This document shows, one piece after another, positions 37,040 through 46,412 of a stretch of 64,000 nucleotides of DNA. Made by a program: the position numbers and the translations under genes. The notes under the pieces are model-generated. The model did no database searches. It was not told the origin of the DNA and saw only the letters and a program-made list of their open reading frames with translations. Position 1 is the stretch's first letter. Every line of letters begins with the position of its first letter. Source of the DNA: an uncultured Dehalococcoidales bacterium (GTDB taxonomy: Bacteria > Chloroflexota > Dehalococcoidia > Dehalococcoidales > E44-bin46); NCBI GenBank assembly GCA_964354655.1, contig CAYHAL010000002.1, forward strand, positions 5,680-69,679, given 5' to 3'.

Positions 37040-37097
37040 GGAGGGTTTTCTCGTCAAATGGCTTAAGTAGAAAGTTACGCCAAATATGAAGTAGTAT

Positions 37098-37122
37098 GCC
37101 CCTGAAGAAGGGGCTTATTTTA
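37098..37122 (+). terminator. Rho-independent terminator after the TIR-like gene
   Basis: GCCCCT-gaaga-AGGGGC followed by TTATTTTA. Confidence 0.6.
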
Positions 37123-37143
37123 TCACACTAAGAGTAAGAAACC

Positions 37144-38400
37144 ATGCCTAAATATTATATCTGGACTATTGGCTGTCAGATGAATAAGGCTGAATCGGAG
37201 CGCCTTGGTAGCTACCTTGAGCTACTAGGACTTCAGGCTACAGCTACCACCGAGGAAGCTGATTTAATCGTGCTTAATAGTTGCGTGGTGCGGCAGAGTG
37301 CCGAGAGCCGAGTCATTAACAAGCTCGGTGCCCTTAAACCACTAAAAAGGTTACGCCCAAACTTAACCATTGCTGTTACCGGTTGCTTGGTAAACTCTAA
37401 GGTTGACCAGCTTAGCCAAAGCTTCCCTCACGTTGACTATTTTTTCAAGCCGGGGGAATATCCACCATGGCTAGAAAAACAAGGTAATCTTCATACCGTA
37501 GTCCCCTTACACCCTTCACCAAGCACCTTCGTGCCCATTATCCAGGGTTGTAATAACTTCTGCTCCTATTGCATTGTCCCCTACCGTCGTGGCAGAGAAA
37601 GAAGCCGCCCGGTAGCTGAAATAGTCTGCGAGGTTAAACAGCTGGTGCACCGTGGAGTAAAAGAGGTAACCTTACTGGGACAAAATGTGGACTCATATGG
37701 GCACGACCTGCCCTACCAACCAAACCTAGCCGACCTACTAACTGAGCTAAATACCATAGATGGATTAGCCCGCATACGCTTCCTGACCAACCACCCCAAG
37801 GACATGAGCCCCAGGCTCATTGAAGCCGCAGCCCATCTGGATAAAGTCTGTGAGCACATAAGTCTCCCCGTTCAGTCAGGTAGCAATGAAACCCTGAAGG
37901 CAATGAGACGGGGCTATACGGTAGAAGATTACCGTTACCTGGTCGCACAAATACGCAGTAAGATACCAGGGGTAGCCCTGAGCACCGATGTCATTGTCGG
38001 CTTCCCAACAGAAACCGAAGAGCAGTTCCAACAAACCTTTGACCTGCTCTCTGAACTCAGACCGGATACCGTTCATGTCGCCGCCTATTCACCAAGACCC
38101 GGGACTATTGCCGCCAGAAGATTTGCCAATAATATCCCTCCGACTGAGAAAAAGCAGCGACTAAATAAGATTGAGCAGCTTCAGCAGAGCATCGCCGCTG
38201 AAATTAACCGCCAGCTATTAGGCAAGACGGTTGAGGTTCTAGTAGAAGACCAAAAAAAAGGCAAGTGGTACGGTCGAACCAGAACCGGTAAACTGGTATT
38301 CTTTACTGACACCAATGACTGCCTGGGACAACTGGTAAAAGTCAAGATTGAGCACACCAGTCCCTGGTCACTACAGGGTAAAATTAAGACTGGTAGTTAG
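37144..38400 (+). CDS. miaB: tRNA-2-methylthio-N6-dimethylallyladenosine synthase (MiaB-type methylthiotransferase)
   Basis: 418 aa. UPF0004 N-domain ([14 protein letters not shown]), radical-SAM CNNFCSYC, and a C-terminal TRAM-like domain. Confidence 0.8.
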   Translation: MPKYYIWTIGCQMNKAESERLGSYLELLGLQATATTEEADLIVLNSCVVRQSAESRVINKLGALKPLKRLRPNLTIAVTGCLVNSKVDQLSQSFPHVDYFFKPGEYPPWLEKQGNLHTVVPLHPSPSTFVPIIQGCNNFCSYCIVPYRRGRERSRPVAEIVCEVKQLVHRGVKEVTLLGQNVDSYGHDLPYQPNLADLLTELNTIDGLARIRFLTNHPKDMSPRLIEAAAHLDKVCEHISLPVQSGSNETLKAMRRGYTVEDYRYLVAQIRSKIPGVALSTDVIVGFPTETEEQFQQTFDLLSELRPDTVHVAAYSPRPGTIAARRFANNIPPTEKKQRLNKIEQLQQSIAAEINRQLLGKTVEVLVEDQKKGKWYGRTRTGKLVFFTDTNDCLGQLVKVKIEHTSPWSLQGKIKTGS

Positions 38401-38402
38401 CA

Positions 38403-39314
38403 ATGAGCGACTTAGAAGAAATTAAAGAAAAGATAGCCGCACTGAAAAGGGAGCTAGGGGCAGTTATCGTTGCCCACAATTATCAGCGACCCGAGATTCA
38501 GGATATAGCTGACTTTGTCGGCGACTCCCTAGAGTTAGCCCGTCAATGCGTTGAGGTAGAAGCCCAGACCATTGTCTTCTGCGGCGTGCATTTTATGGCT
38601 GAAACCGCCGCCATCCTTAACCCCGAGCGCACCGTTATGCTGGCAGAAGGTAGTGCCGGCTGCCCGTTAGCCGATATGATTGATATTGAAGGGTTAAGAC
38701 AATGGAAGCAAAGATACCCTAAGGCAGCAGTCATCAGCTATGTCAATTCATCAGCCGAGGTCAAGGCTGAAAGCGATATTTGCTGCACCTCGGCTAATGG
38801 GGTCAAGGTGGTGGAATCGGTAGCTAATGATGACATACTCTTTGTCCCTGACCAGAACCTCGGGCACTACATTTCAACCCAAACCAAAAAGAATATCATC
38901 CTTTACCCCGGATTTTGCTATGTTCACCACCGCATTACGCCTAAGCAACTAAAACTGGCAAAAAGGCTACACCCTGACGCCCAAGTATTAGTTCACCCTG
39001 AGTGCCGACCTGAAGTAATAGCTTTGGCTGACGCTGCCCTCAGCACCTCACAGATGCTCCACTATGCCAAGGCATCGCCAAATAACAGCTTCATTATTGG
39101 CACCGAGGCAGGCATACTTCACGGCTTACGCCAGCAGAACCCGGGAAAGTCCTTCTACCTAATCTCAAGGGGGCAAATCTGCGCCGATATGAAAAAGACA
39201 ACCCTAGAAACACTGGCACGGACCATGGAGCTAAGACAGAATATAGTAACTGTCCCCGAAGAGATAAGACTAAAGGCAAAACAAGCCATCGACCGCATGC
39301 TGACTATTAGTTAG
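38403..39314 (+). CDS. nadA: Quinolinate synthase NadA
   Basis: 303 aa. Motifs: VAHNYQ, FCGVHFMAETA, YVNSSAEVKA and HPEC. Confidence 0.9.
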   Translation: MSDLEEIKEKIAALKRELGAVIVAHNYQRPEIQDIADFVGDSLELARQCVEVEAQTIVFCGVHFMAETAAILNPERTVMLAEGSAGCPLADMIDIEGLRQWKQRYPKAAVISYVNSSAEVKAESDICCTSANGVKVVESVANDDILFVPDQNLGHYISTQTKKNIILYPGFCYVHHRITPKQLKLAKRLHPDAQVLVHPECRPEVIALADAALSTSQMLHYAKASPNNSFIIGTEAGILHGLRQQNPGKSFYLISRGQICADMKKTTLETLARTMELRQNIVTVPEEIRLKAKQAIDRMLTIS

Positions 39315-39315
39315 A

Positions 39316-39512
39316 GAAAGTCAAAGAGAGGCTAAGCCTTTCTTATATAACTAGTTTCCCCTCTCCTTACTCAAAATAGTAGTCAAGGGGAGTTTAAGAG
39401 GGGCTTCGCCCCTCTAAATAAATTTTCTCCCCCTTCCCCTTATCAAGGGGAAGGGGAAAAAGGGGATAGGGTTTTCTAAACAAGAACTACAGGGGGTGAG
39501 GTTGATAAATAA
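39316..39512. repeat. Mosaic hairpin repeat element, copy D (short, rearranged)
   Basis: It opens with an inverted internal unit (GTCAAAGAGAGGCTAAGCCTTTCTTATATAAC). Then come AGAGGGGCTTCGCCCCTCT and hairpin CCCCCTTCCCCTTATCAAGGGGAAGGGG plus AAAAAGGGGATAGGG. It ends with GGGGGTGAGGTTGATAAATAA, which contains the nadC start codon. Confidence 0.85.
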
Positions 39513-40383
39513 ATTCCAAATACCTCAAGAACAGATTGACAGCATTATAGACCTTGCTTTAGCTGAGGATATAAGCCACGGTGATATCACCAGCGAGGGG
39601 CTAATACCACCTGAGCTCCAGGGGAAGGCGTCCATACTGGCTAAGGCAGAAGGTATAATCGCTGGTGGTGAGGTAACCAAAAGGGTGTTTCTGAAGGTTG
39701 ACCCGTCACTCAAGGTTGAACTGCTGATTAAAGACGGAGCCAGGGTTAAACCTGGAGACATAGTCGCCACCATCTTCGGTAATGTAATAAGCATCCTCAA
39801 AGCCGAGCGGGTAGCCCTCAATTTCCTGCAGAGGCTCAGTGGCATCGCTTCACTGACAGCCAAATTCATAGCCAAAACAAAAGGGCTCAAGGTAAAAATT
39901 ACCGATACCCGCAAGACCACCCCCGGTCTCAGGTTATTGGAAAAGTATGCCGTTCGCATCGGCGGCGGACAAAACCACCGCTTCCACCTTGGTGATGGTA
40001 TCCTGATTAAGGATAATCACCTCGCCGCACTTCGCGCCCTGGGCATGAATATAAAAGATATTGTAGCTAAGGCTAAACAGAATGCCCCCCAGGGGGTGAA
40101 GGTTGAGGTTGAAGCCAGCACTATTCAGGAAGCCCTTGATGCCACTGAAGCCGGGGCTGATATCATTATGCTGGATAACATGAGCCCTGATGAAATGCGC
40201 CGGGTAGTAAGCTTAATCCCAAGTGGGGTTAAGATTGAAGCCTCGGGAGGTATTAACCTAGATAATGTCCGCGCTGCGGCTATGGCTGGGGTTGATTTTA
40301 TCTCTATCGGTGCCCTCACTCACTCCGCCAAGGCTCTAGACATCAGCCTTGAGCTTGAACCCCAGACCCTTAAGCTAATCTAG
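39496..40383 (+). CDS. nadC: Nicotinate-nucleotide pyrophosphorylase (carboxylating) NadC
   Basis: 295 aa. Motifs: ALAEDISHGDITS, ERVALNFLQRLSGIAS, DTRKTTPG and IKDNH. The start is GTG at 39496 or TTG at 39502; both lie inside the repeat terminus. Confidence 0.9.
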   Translation: MRLINKFQIPQEQIDSIIDLALAEDISHGDITSEGLIPPELQGKASILAKAEGIIAGGEVTKRVFLKVDPSLKVELLIKDGARVKPGDIVATIFGNVISILKAERVALNFLQRLSGIASLTAKFIAKTKGLKVKITDTRKTTPGLRLLEKYAVRIGGGQNHRFHLGDGILIKDNHLAALRALGMNIKDIVAKAKQNAPQGVKVEVEASTIQEALDATEAGADIIMLDNMSPDEMRRVVSLIPSGVKIEASGGINLDNVRAAAMAGVDFISIGALTHSAKALDISLELEPQTLKLI

Positions 40384-40963
40384 GCTTCCTAGCACTACAA
40401 AGATAACCCTCACTGCTATCGTCTATCTTGATATCAGTAAATCCAGCCCACGACAGCAGAAATTGCATCTCCGGCTCGTCAGGAATGGCATCGTTTTCCA
40501 CGGCTGGGATTTGGCGGTGAAACTGGTTAATCATAGCCCGACTTGAGGTATGACAGATTAGTAGTCTACCACCGCTTTTGGTTACCCGGTTGATTTCGGC
40601 AAGGGCTTGCAGTTTATCCTGAAAGTGGGGAAAGCTGGAGTAGCACACTACGACGTCAAATATTTCATCACCGACGGGAATACTGGTTACATCGGCATGA
40701 AGGTATCCAATATCCTTATAGCCTTTAGCCTGGGCTCGCTTTAACATTTCTTCAGCAAAATCAAGAGCCACTAATCGCCCCTCCCTGCCAATCCGGCTTA
40801 ATAGAAAGGGGATTAATACACCGGTCCCGCTCCCGACATCAAGCAGTGTGGACCCGGGCTTAATATTAAGGCGCTTCGCCATCAGCTCCAGCTTGGTCAC
40901 ATCCGTTTCCGAGCTGGTTTCATCCCAGACGGTCGCCCTCTGGTTGAAATATGTCCTAATCAC
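40370..40963 (-). CDS. Class I SAM-dependent methyltransferase
   Basis: Motif I is LLDVGSGTG. I favour GTG at 40963 as the start: it gives a GTGA overlap with the permease stop and GGAGGAG lies 5 nt upstream. The ORF-track ATG at 40996 would overlap by 37 nt. Confidence 0.75.
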   Translation of the reverse strand: MIRTYFNQRATVWDETSSETDVTKLELMAKRLNIKPGSTLLDVGSGTGVLIPFLLSRIGREGRLVALDFAEEMLKRAQAKGYKDIGYLHADVTSIPVGDEIFDVVVCYSSFPHFQDKLQALAEINRVTKSGGRLLICHTSSRAMINQFHRQIPAVENDAIPDEPEMQFLLSWAGFTDIKIDDSSEGYLCSARKPRLA

Positions 40964-41808
40964 CGTTTCTCCTCCACTAGCGGTTTCTTCTGCCACGGCT
41001 TTACCTTCCTCTTCGGCGACAGAATAGTCGCTATGCCAAAGATTGCTGAGGAGACAATCACTATGGTCGCCCCACTGGGAATGTTTAACAGGTAGGACAT
41101 AACTAGACCTATCCAGCCGGAAAGAACAGCAAAACCGGCAGAAAGGAGAAACATCCGCTTCATGCTGTAGGTAAGCTGGTAGGCAGCCGCCGCTGGATTC
41201 AGAATGAGGCTGAAGATAAGCAGCCCGCCAATGGAGCGCAGCGATACCGTTATGGTCGCCCCGGTCAAAAACAGGATGCCATATAAAATGAGCGTCGCCG
41301 GGATACCGACCGAGCGGGCCATATCACGATGAAAAATAGTGGCCTGAAACTCCTTGTAAAAGGCAAAGACCAATCCTACTACCACCGCAGCTATTATCCC
41401 CAGTAGTATGACATCGCTTCGGGTATTGGTCAGAATGCTACCCCATAGCAATTCCAGGGCTGCTGATTTAGTACCTGGCATCAGCCCCATAAACAGGAAG
41501 GCAAGCCCGAGCATGAGGGAAAAGATGACCCCTACCGAGGTCTCAGGACTAAGCTCTCCCCGGTCAGCCAGAGGACCAATGATAGCTGCCGAGGCAAGAC
41601 TGACGCCAAAAGCACCTATCAGCGGGTTAAAGCCAAGCCACAGCCCGAGCAAGGCTCCAGCGAAGGCAGCGTGTGCCATGCACACCCCGATAAAGGGCAT
41701 ACGCATTATCACCACAAAGACGCCGATAGTACCACAGGCAATGCCACCGAGAACGGCGGAAAGGATGGCATTCTGCATGAACTGGTAACCAAAGATAGAC
41801 AGATCCAA
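40960..41808 (-). CDS. Metal (Zn/Mn-type) ABC transporter permease, ABC-3 family
   Basis: 282 aa, polytopic, ZnuB/TroC-like sequence. Follows the ATPase gene. Confidence 0.85.
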   Translation of the reverse strand: MDLSIFGYQFMQNAILSAVLGGIACGTIGVFVVIMRMPFIGVCMAHAAFAGALLGLWLGFNPLIGAFGVSLASAAIIGPLADRGELSPETSVGVIFSLMLGLAFLFMGLMPGTKSAALELLWGSILTNTRSDVILLGIIAAVVVGLVFAFYKEFQATIFHRDMARSVGIPATLILYGILFLTGATITVSLRSIGGLLIFSLILNPAAAAYQLTYSMKRMFLLSAGFAVLSGWIGLVMSYLLNIPSGATIVIVSSAIFGIATILSPKRKVKPWQKKPLVEEKR

Positions 41809-41827
41809 GCCCGAGACCCCCTTAGTC

Positions 41828-42604
41828 TTAAATCAAAATGGCTTCTTTTCGCCTCTCCCTTACTACCGAGATAGGCATATCATATAACTGGCTGAGGTTA
41901 TCATCGGTAAGCGCTTGCTTAGGAGAACCCTCACCCCAGATAAGCCCCTGTTTCATCAGCACCAGTCGATCACAGGCGAGCGGTAGACAGCTTAGGTCGT
42001 GGGTCACAAATAGGGTAGTCAGACACCGTGAATCGTGAATCAGCTTTACCAGCCTTATGATATCCGTTTTCGCCCTCCAGTCCAACGAAGCGGTTGGCTC
42101 ATCAAGCAAGAATAACTCCGGCTCCTGAGCCAGACAGCGGGCTATGGCTACCCGCTGTTGCTCACCCCCCGACAGGTGCCCAATAGGTCGCCGGGCGAGA
42201 TGGGTCATACCCACCAGCTCTATCATCTCGTCCACGATTTTCCAGTCGTGCTTGCCCGGTCTCCGAAGCAAGCCCAAAAGCCCGTAGCGCCCGAGCATCA
42301 CTACCTCACGAACACCCATTGGCATCCTCGGGTCTATGTTCTCCACCTGAGGGACATAACCAACCTTCTTTCTCAGAAAATGACCGCTACCCGGGGTGAG
42401 GAGGTGCCCCAGCACCTCTACCCGCCCATGGACTAGTTTGCCCAGTCCATTAATTATGGTGAGGAGTGTGGTCTTCCCGGCTCCATTGGGACCAACTATA
42501 CCAACAAACTCCCCCGACTTTACCCTAAGCGATACCCCCCGAAGGGCAACATCTTCCCGATAAGAAACCACAGCGTTCTCAATATTTATTATGGTATTGC
42601 TCAT
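41828..42604 (-). CDS. Metal ABC transporter ATP-binding protein (ZnuC/TroB-like)
   Basis: 258 aa. Walker A is GPNGAGKTT, the signature is LSGGEQQR and Walker B is LFLLDEP. Confidence 0.9.
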   Translation of the reverse strand: MSNTIINIENAVVSYREDVALRGVSLRVKSGEFVGIVGPNGAGKTTLLTIINGLGKLVHGRVEVLGHLLTPGSGHFLRKKVGYVPQVENIDPRMPMGVREVVMLGRYGLLGLLRRPGKHDWKIVDEMIELVGMTHLARRPIGHLSGGEQQRVAIARCLAQEPELFLLDEPTASLDWRAKTDIIRLVKLIHDSRCLTTLFVTHDLSCLPLACDRLVLMKQGLIWGEGSPKQALTDDNLSQLYDMPISVVRERRKEAILI

Positions 42605-43459
42605 CTATTGAACTATCGCCCCCAGTATCAGTTCAATATTCCGGTCTATGGCTTTTCCCCAGGTCTCAGTGTCATCAAAACCGCCGGGGAAATTGGAAAG
42701 TATTATCCTGTTACAATCAAGCTCCTCGGCAATTCCCTTCCCGGCATCCTCTCCGCTCTGGAGATTATCAATAACCAGGGTTACCCCCGCCTCCCTACCC
42801 GTGTCCACCAGCTCTCTTACCACTTGAGGAGTAAGCGAATCGGGTTGGCCGTAGGTGGCAACAATATTAAGCCCGACCCATTCCATAAATCCAGCCAGCT
42901 GGTCAGCACACATAGCATTTACCCCGGAGAGGTCTGCCTGAGCCAGCTTGGCTTTTATCTCCGCCTCCTTAGCCCCAATCTTGTCCTTATATTCTATAGC
43001 TAACCGCTGATAAACGGAACTGTTTTTGGCATCCACCTGGCACAGAGCAGAAACAATCTTGTCGGTTGCCTCTAGCTGAACCGGGGGCGTCATCCAGTTA
43101 TCATTTTCGCCAACCTTAACATCAATCTTGACTACGGTTAGCTTGGGATTATTGGCTGAGGTAATTAACTCCTGAGAAAACATCTCCCCCTGCCAGCCAT
43201 GGAGGAGAAAAAGGTCAGCATCAGCTAACCTCTGAATATCCCCAGGCTTAACATCAAAGTGACTTGGGCACTGGGCCGGGGGAATAATGTTGACCACCTC
43301 AACCCCATCGCCTCCCACCCGCTCCACTATTTGAGCCATGAGGGAAGTGCTGGTAATCACCTTGAACTTTGACGTGCCCGCTGGCGAGCAACCGCCCAGA
43401 AGCAAAGCCACAAAAGCTAACAATAGAATAGCGGTAACTAAAATGATAGGTCTTTTCAC
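42605..43459 (-). CDS. Metal ABC transporter substrate-binding lipoprotein (ZnuA/TroA cluster A-I)
   Basis: 284 aa. Lipobox LLGGC. The H/D-containing segments (PSHFD, LHGW) are typical of TroA-fold binding proteins. Confidence 0.8.
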   Translation of the reverse strand: MKRPIILVTAILLLAFVALLLGGCSPAGTSKFKVITSTSLMAQIVERVGGDGVEVVNIIPPAQCPSHFDVKPGDIQRLADADLFLLHGWQGEMFSQELITSANNPKLTVVKIDVKVGENDNWMTPPVQLEATDKIVSALCQVDAKNSSVYQRLAIEYKDKIGAKEAEIKAKLAQADLSGVNAMCADQLAGFMEWVGLNIVATYGQPDSLTPQVVRELVDTGREAGVTLVIDNLQSGEDAGKGIAEELDCNRIILSNFPGGFDDTETWGKAIDRNIELILGAIVQ

Positions 43460-43523
43460 TAAACAGTCCCAAATTATTGCAATTTAGTGCACCTGCAACT
43501 AATTGCTCCAACCAGCAAATTTT

Positions 43524-43946
43524 TTATTCCCGGCACTTGGCACACAGACCAAAGAAAGCCAGGTGTTTCATATCAACCTCAAAATCATACCTCTGCCCAA
43601 TTTCATCCCATAGCCGGTTCAGCATTGATTCCTCCACATCAATAATCTCCCCGCACCTCTGACAGACAAGATGATGGTGATGCCCTTTCACGATACTGTG
43701 ATACCGCACCCGCCCATCACCCATAACCGTCTCCGTCACCAGACCCAGTTCACTTAATAGTTCCAGAGTACGATAAACCGTTGAGATATTCACATGGGGA
43801 TAGCGGGCACGAACCTGGGCGTATATTTCCTCAGCACTAATATGACCGTCACTTTTTTCAATAGCCGACAGAATCATTATTCGTTGCGGTGTCAGCCGAT
43901 AGCCTAACTCGCTTAATCTATGAGCTATATCTCTAGGTCGCCCCAC
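43524..43946 (-). CDS. Fur-family metalloregulator (Zur-like by context)
   Basis: 140 aa. Winged-helix N-domain, HHHHLVCQRCG...CAKC metal sites. First gene of the metal-uptake string. Confidence 0.85.
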   Translation of the reverse strand: MGRPRDIAHRLSELGYRLTPQRIMILSAIEKSDGHISAEEIYAQVRARYPHVNISTVYRTLELLSELGLVTETVMGDGRVRYHSIVKGHHHHLVCQRCGEIIDVEESMLNRLWDEIGQRYDFEVDMKHLAFFGLCAKCRE

Positions 43947-43988
43947 TTAACTTTCACCTAACTTGAAGATTTTACAACAGACATTAAA

Positions 43989-44016
43989 TAATTGCAACCA
44001 TTTGTATTTGCAATTA
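43989..44016. promoter_or_regulatory. Candidate Fur/Zur operator (9-bp inverted repeat)
   Basis: TAATTGCAA-n10-TTGCAATTA lies 43-70 nt upstream of the fur-family start. The related palindromic core ATTGCAAT occurs at 43476-43483 between the regulator and the binding-protein gene. Confidence 0.4.
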
Positions 44017-44019
44017 GTT

Positions 44020-44472
44020 TCAGCAAAACTTCTCTCTGCTGTCTAAGAGTATTGTTACCGGACCATCGTTATGGATTTCCACCTGCATGTATTCTTGAAA
44101 ACGCCCGGTTTCCACCTTTAACCCCGTGGCTCGAGCCTGCTCCACAAACCGCTCAAATAGCTGTTCAGCCTCTGCCGGCGGCGCTGCCTCAACAAAACTA
44201 GGCCGACGCCCCTTCCTGGTATCAGCCAAGAGGGTGAACTGGCTCACCATCAATAGTTCACCTTTAATATCCAGAGCCGAAAGGTTAAACCTACCCTTAT
44301 CGTCAGGGAAAATGCGCAGGTTGACAATCTTCGGCACTAAATACTGTATATCCTTTTCGGTATCGCCGCTGGCTATGCCCACCAAAATTACCAGCCCCCG
44401 ACCAATCCTGCCTACCACCTCAACACCAACGCTAACCGACGCCTCGGTGACTCTCTGTAGCAGTGCCTTCAC
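44020..44472 (-). CDS. dtd: D-aminoacyl-tRNA deacylase
   Basis: GTG at 44472 is preceded by AAAGGAGGAG and gives (M)KALLQRVTEASV. Has the SQFTL motif. The ORF-track 5' extension is unlikely. Confidence 0.9.
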   Translation of the reverse strand: MKALLQRVTEASVSVGVEVVGRIGRGLVILVGIASGDTEKDIQYLVPKIVNLRIFPDDKGRFNLSALDIKGELLMVSQFTLLADTRKGRRPSFVEAAPPAEAEQLFERFVEQARATGLKVETGRFQEYMQVEIHNDGPVTILLDSREKFC

Positions 44473-44652
44473 CCTTCTCCTCCTTTGCCCAAACATTCTA
44501 TAGTAATAGCTCGACCAAGACAAATTTACCCAGCTACCTCAGCCCTTTTCTAGACTTATAACCAAAAAAGGAGTAAAATTAAATAAATAGTTGAAGATTT
44601 AAGGGAACTTGATGATATGCGCTTAGTAATTATTGTCATATTATCGACAAAA

Positions 44653-44685
44653 AGAAGCACTGAGCCGAAATTAGCCAGTGCTTCT
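44653..44685 (+). promoter_or_regulatory. 10-bp perfect stem hairpin just upstream of the SWIM-gene SD
   Basis: AGAAGCACTG-13 nt loop-CAGTGCTTCT, ending 9 nt before AAAGGAGG. Confidence 0.3.
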
Positions 44686-44703
44686 TAAGTTAAAAGGAGG
44701 TTA

Positions 44704-44967
44704 GTGATGCAGTCAAGTCTAATCGGGAAAATTGAAAAAGCCAAGCGCTACGCTCAAGAGACAGACCGGATTACCTTCTCTGAGCTATCAGTGAAATTCC
44801 GAGGAGACAACGACACCTACACTACCGAATATAAAAATGGGAAATGGCATTGCACCTGTCACTTTTTCTCAAGCTGGGGGCTTTGCAGCCATACTATGGC
44901 ACTAGAGAAAATCCTGGGTAATATGCTACCCGAAGAGGCGCTGATTACGCCACAGGTCATCCCCTGA
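44704..44967 (+). CDS. Small SWIM zinc-finger protein
   Basis: 87 aa. CTCHFFSSWGLCSHTMA matches the CxCxnCxH SWIM signature. The start is GTG at 44704 or ATG at 44707. Confidence 0.7.
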   Translation: MMQSSLIGKIEKAKRYAQETDRITFSELSVKFRGDNDTYTTEYKNGKWHCTCHFFSSWGLCSHTMALEKILGNMLPEEALITPQVIP

Positions 44968-44976
44968 ATTCACGTA

Positions 44977-46335
44977 TTAACCTATTCTGTCTCCTTCCCC
45001 AAATAGGCGACCTTGTATTTTTGCCTGCTCAATTGCCTCACCAACTACAAACAGAGACCCGGCAACGCAGACGAGGTCTCGAGCCCCAGCCATATTTAGA
45101 GCCAGAGATAACGCTTCAGAAACCGCCCCTACTGCTTGAACTTCCACTCCGCACCGTCTAAATGTAGCTATGAGTTGTTCCAATGACATCGCCCGAGGAT
45201 GACGAGAGCGGGTGACAATCACCTTATCAAATAAAGGCACCAATTCTGAAATTATGCCAGCTACATCCTTATCCGACGATACGCCTATAACCAAGATGGC
45301 TCGGTCAAAGGCAAAGTATTGGACCAGAGACTGCTTTAGCTTCCGGGCTGAGTCAGGGTTATGCGCCCCATCAACTACCAGTAGCGGGCGATGGCTCAGA
45401 ATCTGGAACCGACCTGGCCAGCTTACCTTCGCCAGACCATTAATGATACTATCCCTGGAAATATTAAACCCCCTCCCAGCCAAGACCTCCAGGGCAGCCA
45501 CCGCGGTAGCTGCGTTCTCCAGTTGGTAGTGACCAAGCAATGGGATGGATAGCTCATAACTACCCAGCTTTCCCTTCACTTGAAGTAATTGCCTCTCAGC
45601 GTCAAAACTAAGGCTCTGCCAGACGACATCGCTGCCTACCCTGACCAGCCCGGCGTTACAATTGAGGCAGGTCTTTTCTATTACCTGAGCCACTTCATCC
45701 GGCTGTGGCGACATCACCACCATAGAGCCGGACTTGATAATCCCTGCCTTCTCGCCAGCAATTTCAGCTAAAGAGCTACCCAATACATCAGTATGGTCAA
45801 AGCTAATCGAGGTAATAATGCAAACCTCGGGCTGGATTACATTGGTGGCATCAAGCCTACCCCCCAACCCTACCTCCACCACCTGAAAATCAACCCCTTC
45901 TAGCTTGAAGTGGGCAAAGCCCAACGCCGTCAACAGCTCAAAGGTGGTCAACTGACCATAGGTAGCTTTCTCATTTACCGCCTCAACCTCAGGCTTGAGC
46001 TTCTCCACCAGAGCCATAAGCTCCTCTTCGGTGATTAATTCACCATTAACTCTAATGCGCTCCCTTAGGTCGTTAAGGTGGGGCGAGGTATACAGCCCGG
46101 TAGTATAACCAGAAGCGATAAGAACTGCCGTCACCATAGCCGCCACGCTCCCCTTGCCCTTGGTGCCGGCAATGTGGACCGACTTGGCTGCCAGGTGGGG
46201 ATTGCCTAAGCGAAACAGCAGTTCCTCCACCCGCCTCAGGTCATAATTAACCGCACTGCGCGGCAGGTGCATGGTTTCATAGTCAATGAAACTATAGAGG
46301 TAATCTAGAGCCTGCTGGTAGGAATTGCTTAACAA
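44977..46335 (-). CDS. folC: Bifunctional folylpolyglutamate synthase / dihydrofolate synthase
   Basis: 452 aa. Mur-ligase P-loop HIAGTKGKGS, followed by GLYTSPHL and DGAHNP. Confidence 0.9.
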   Translation of the reverse strand: MLSNSYQQALDYLYSFIDYETMHLPRSAVNYDLRRVEELLFRLGNPHLAAKSVHIAGTKGKGSVAAMVTAVLIASGYTTGLYTSPHLNDLRERIRVNGELITEEELMALVEKLKPEVEAVNEKATYGQLTTFELLTALGFAHFKLEGVDFQVVEVGLGGRLDATNVIQPEVCIITSISFDHTDVLGSSLAEIAGEKAGIIKSGSMVVMSPQPDEVAQVIEKTCLNCNAGLVRVGSDVVWQSLSFDAERQLLQVKGKLGSYELSIPLLGHYQLENAATAVAALEVLAGRGFNISRDSIINGLAKVSWPGRFQILSHRPLLVVDGAHNPDSARKLKQSLVQYFAFDRAILVIGVSSDKDVAGIISELVPLFDKVIVTRSRHPRAMSLEQLIATFRRCGVEVQAVGAVSEALSLALNMAGARDLVCVAGSLFVVGEAIEQAKIQGRLFGEGDRIG

Positions 46336-46412
46336 CCCTACTCCCCTGCCAAATATCTAGAGCCAATTATATCACCGCTGATTGGAGGCCAACAATTAAA
46401 ACTGCATAAATT

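Noticed and set aside
37040-37143. Direct repeat of the tRNA-Ser 3' end (att site) downstream of the TIR-like gene
   Set aside because: No convincing copy of the tRNA 3' segment was found. There is only a vague resemblance between the two pre-ATG leaders (GAGAAAGAGAAATG versus AGAGTAAGAAACCATG).
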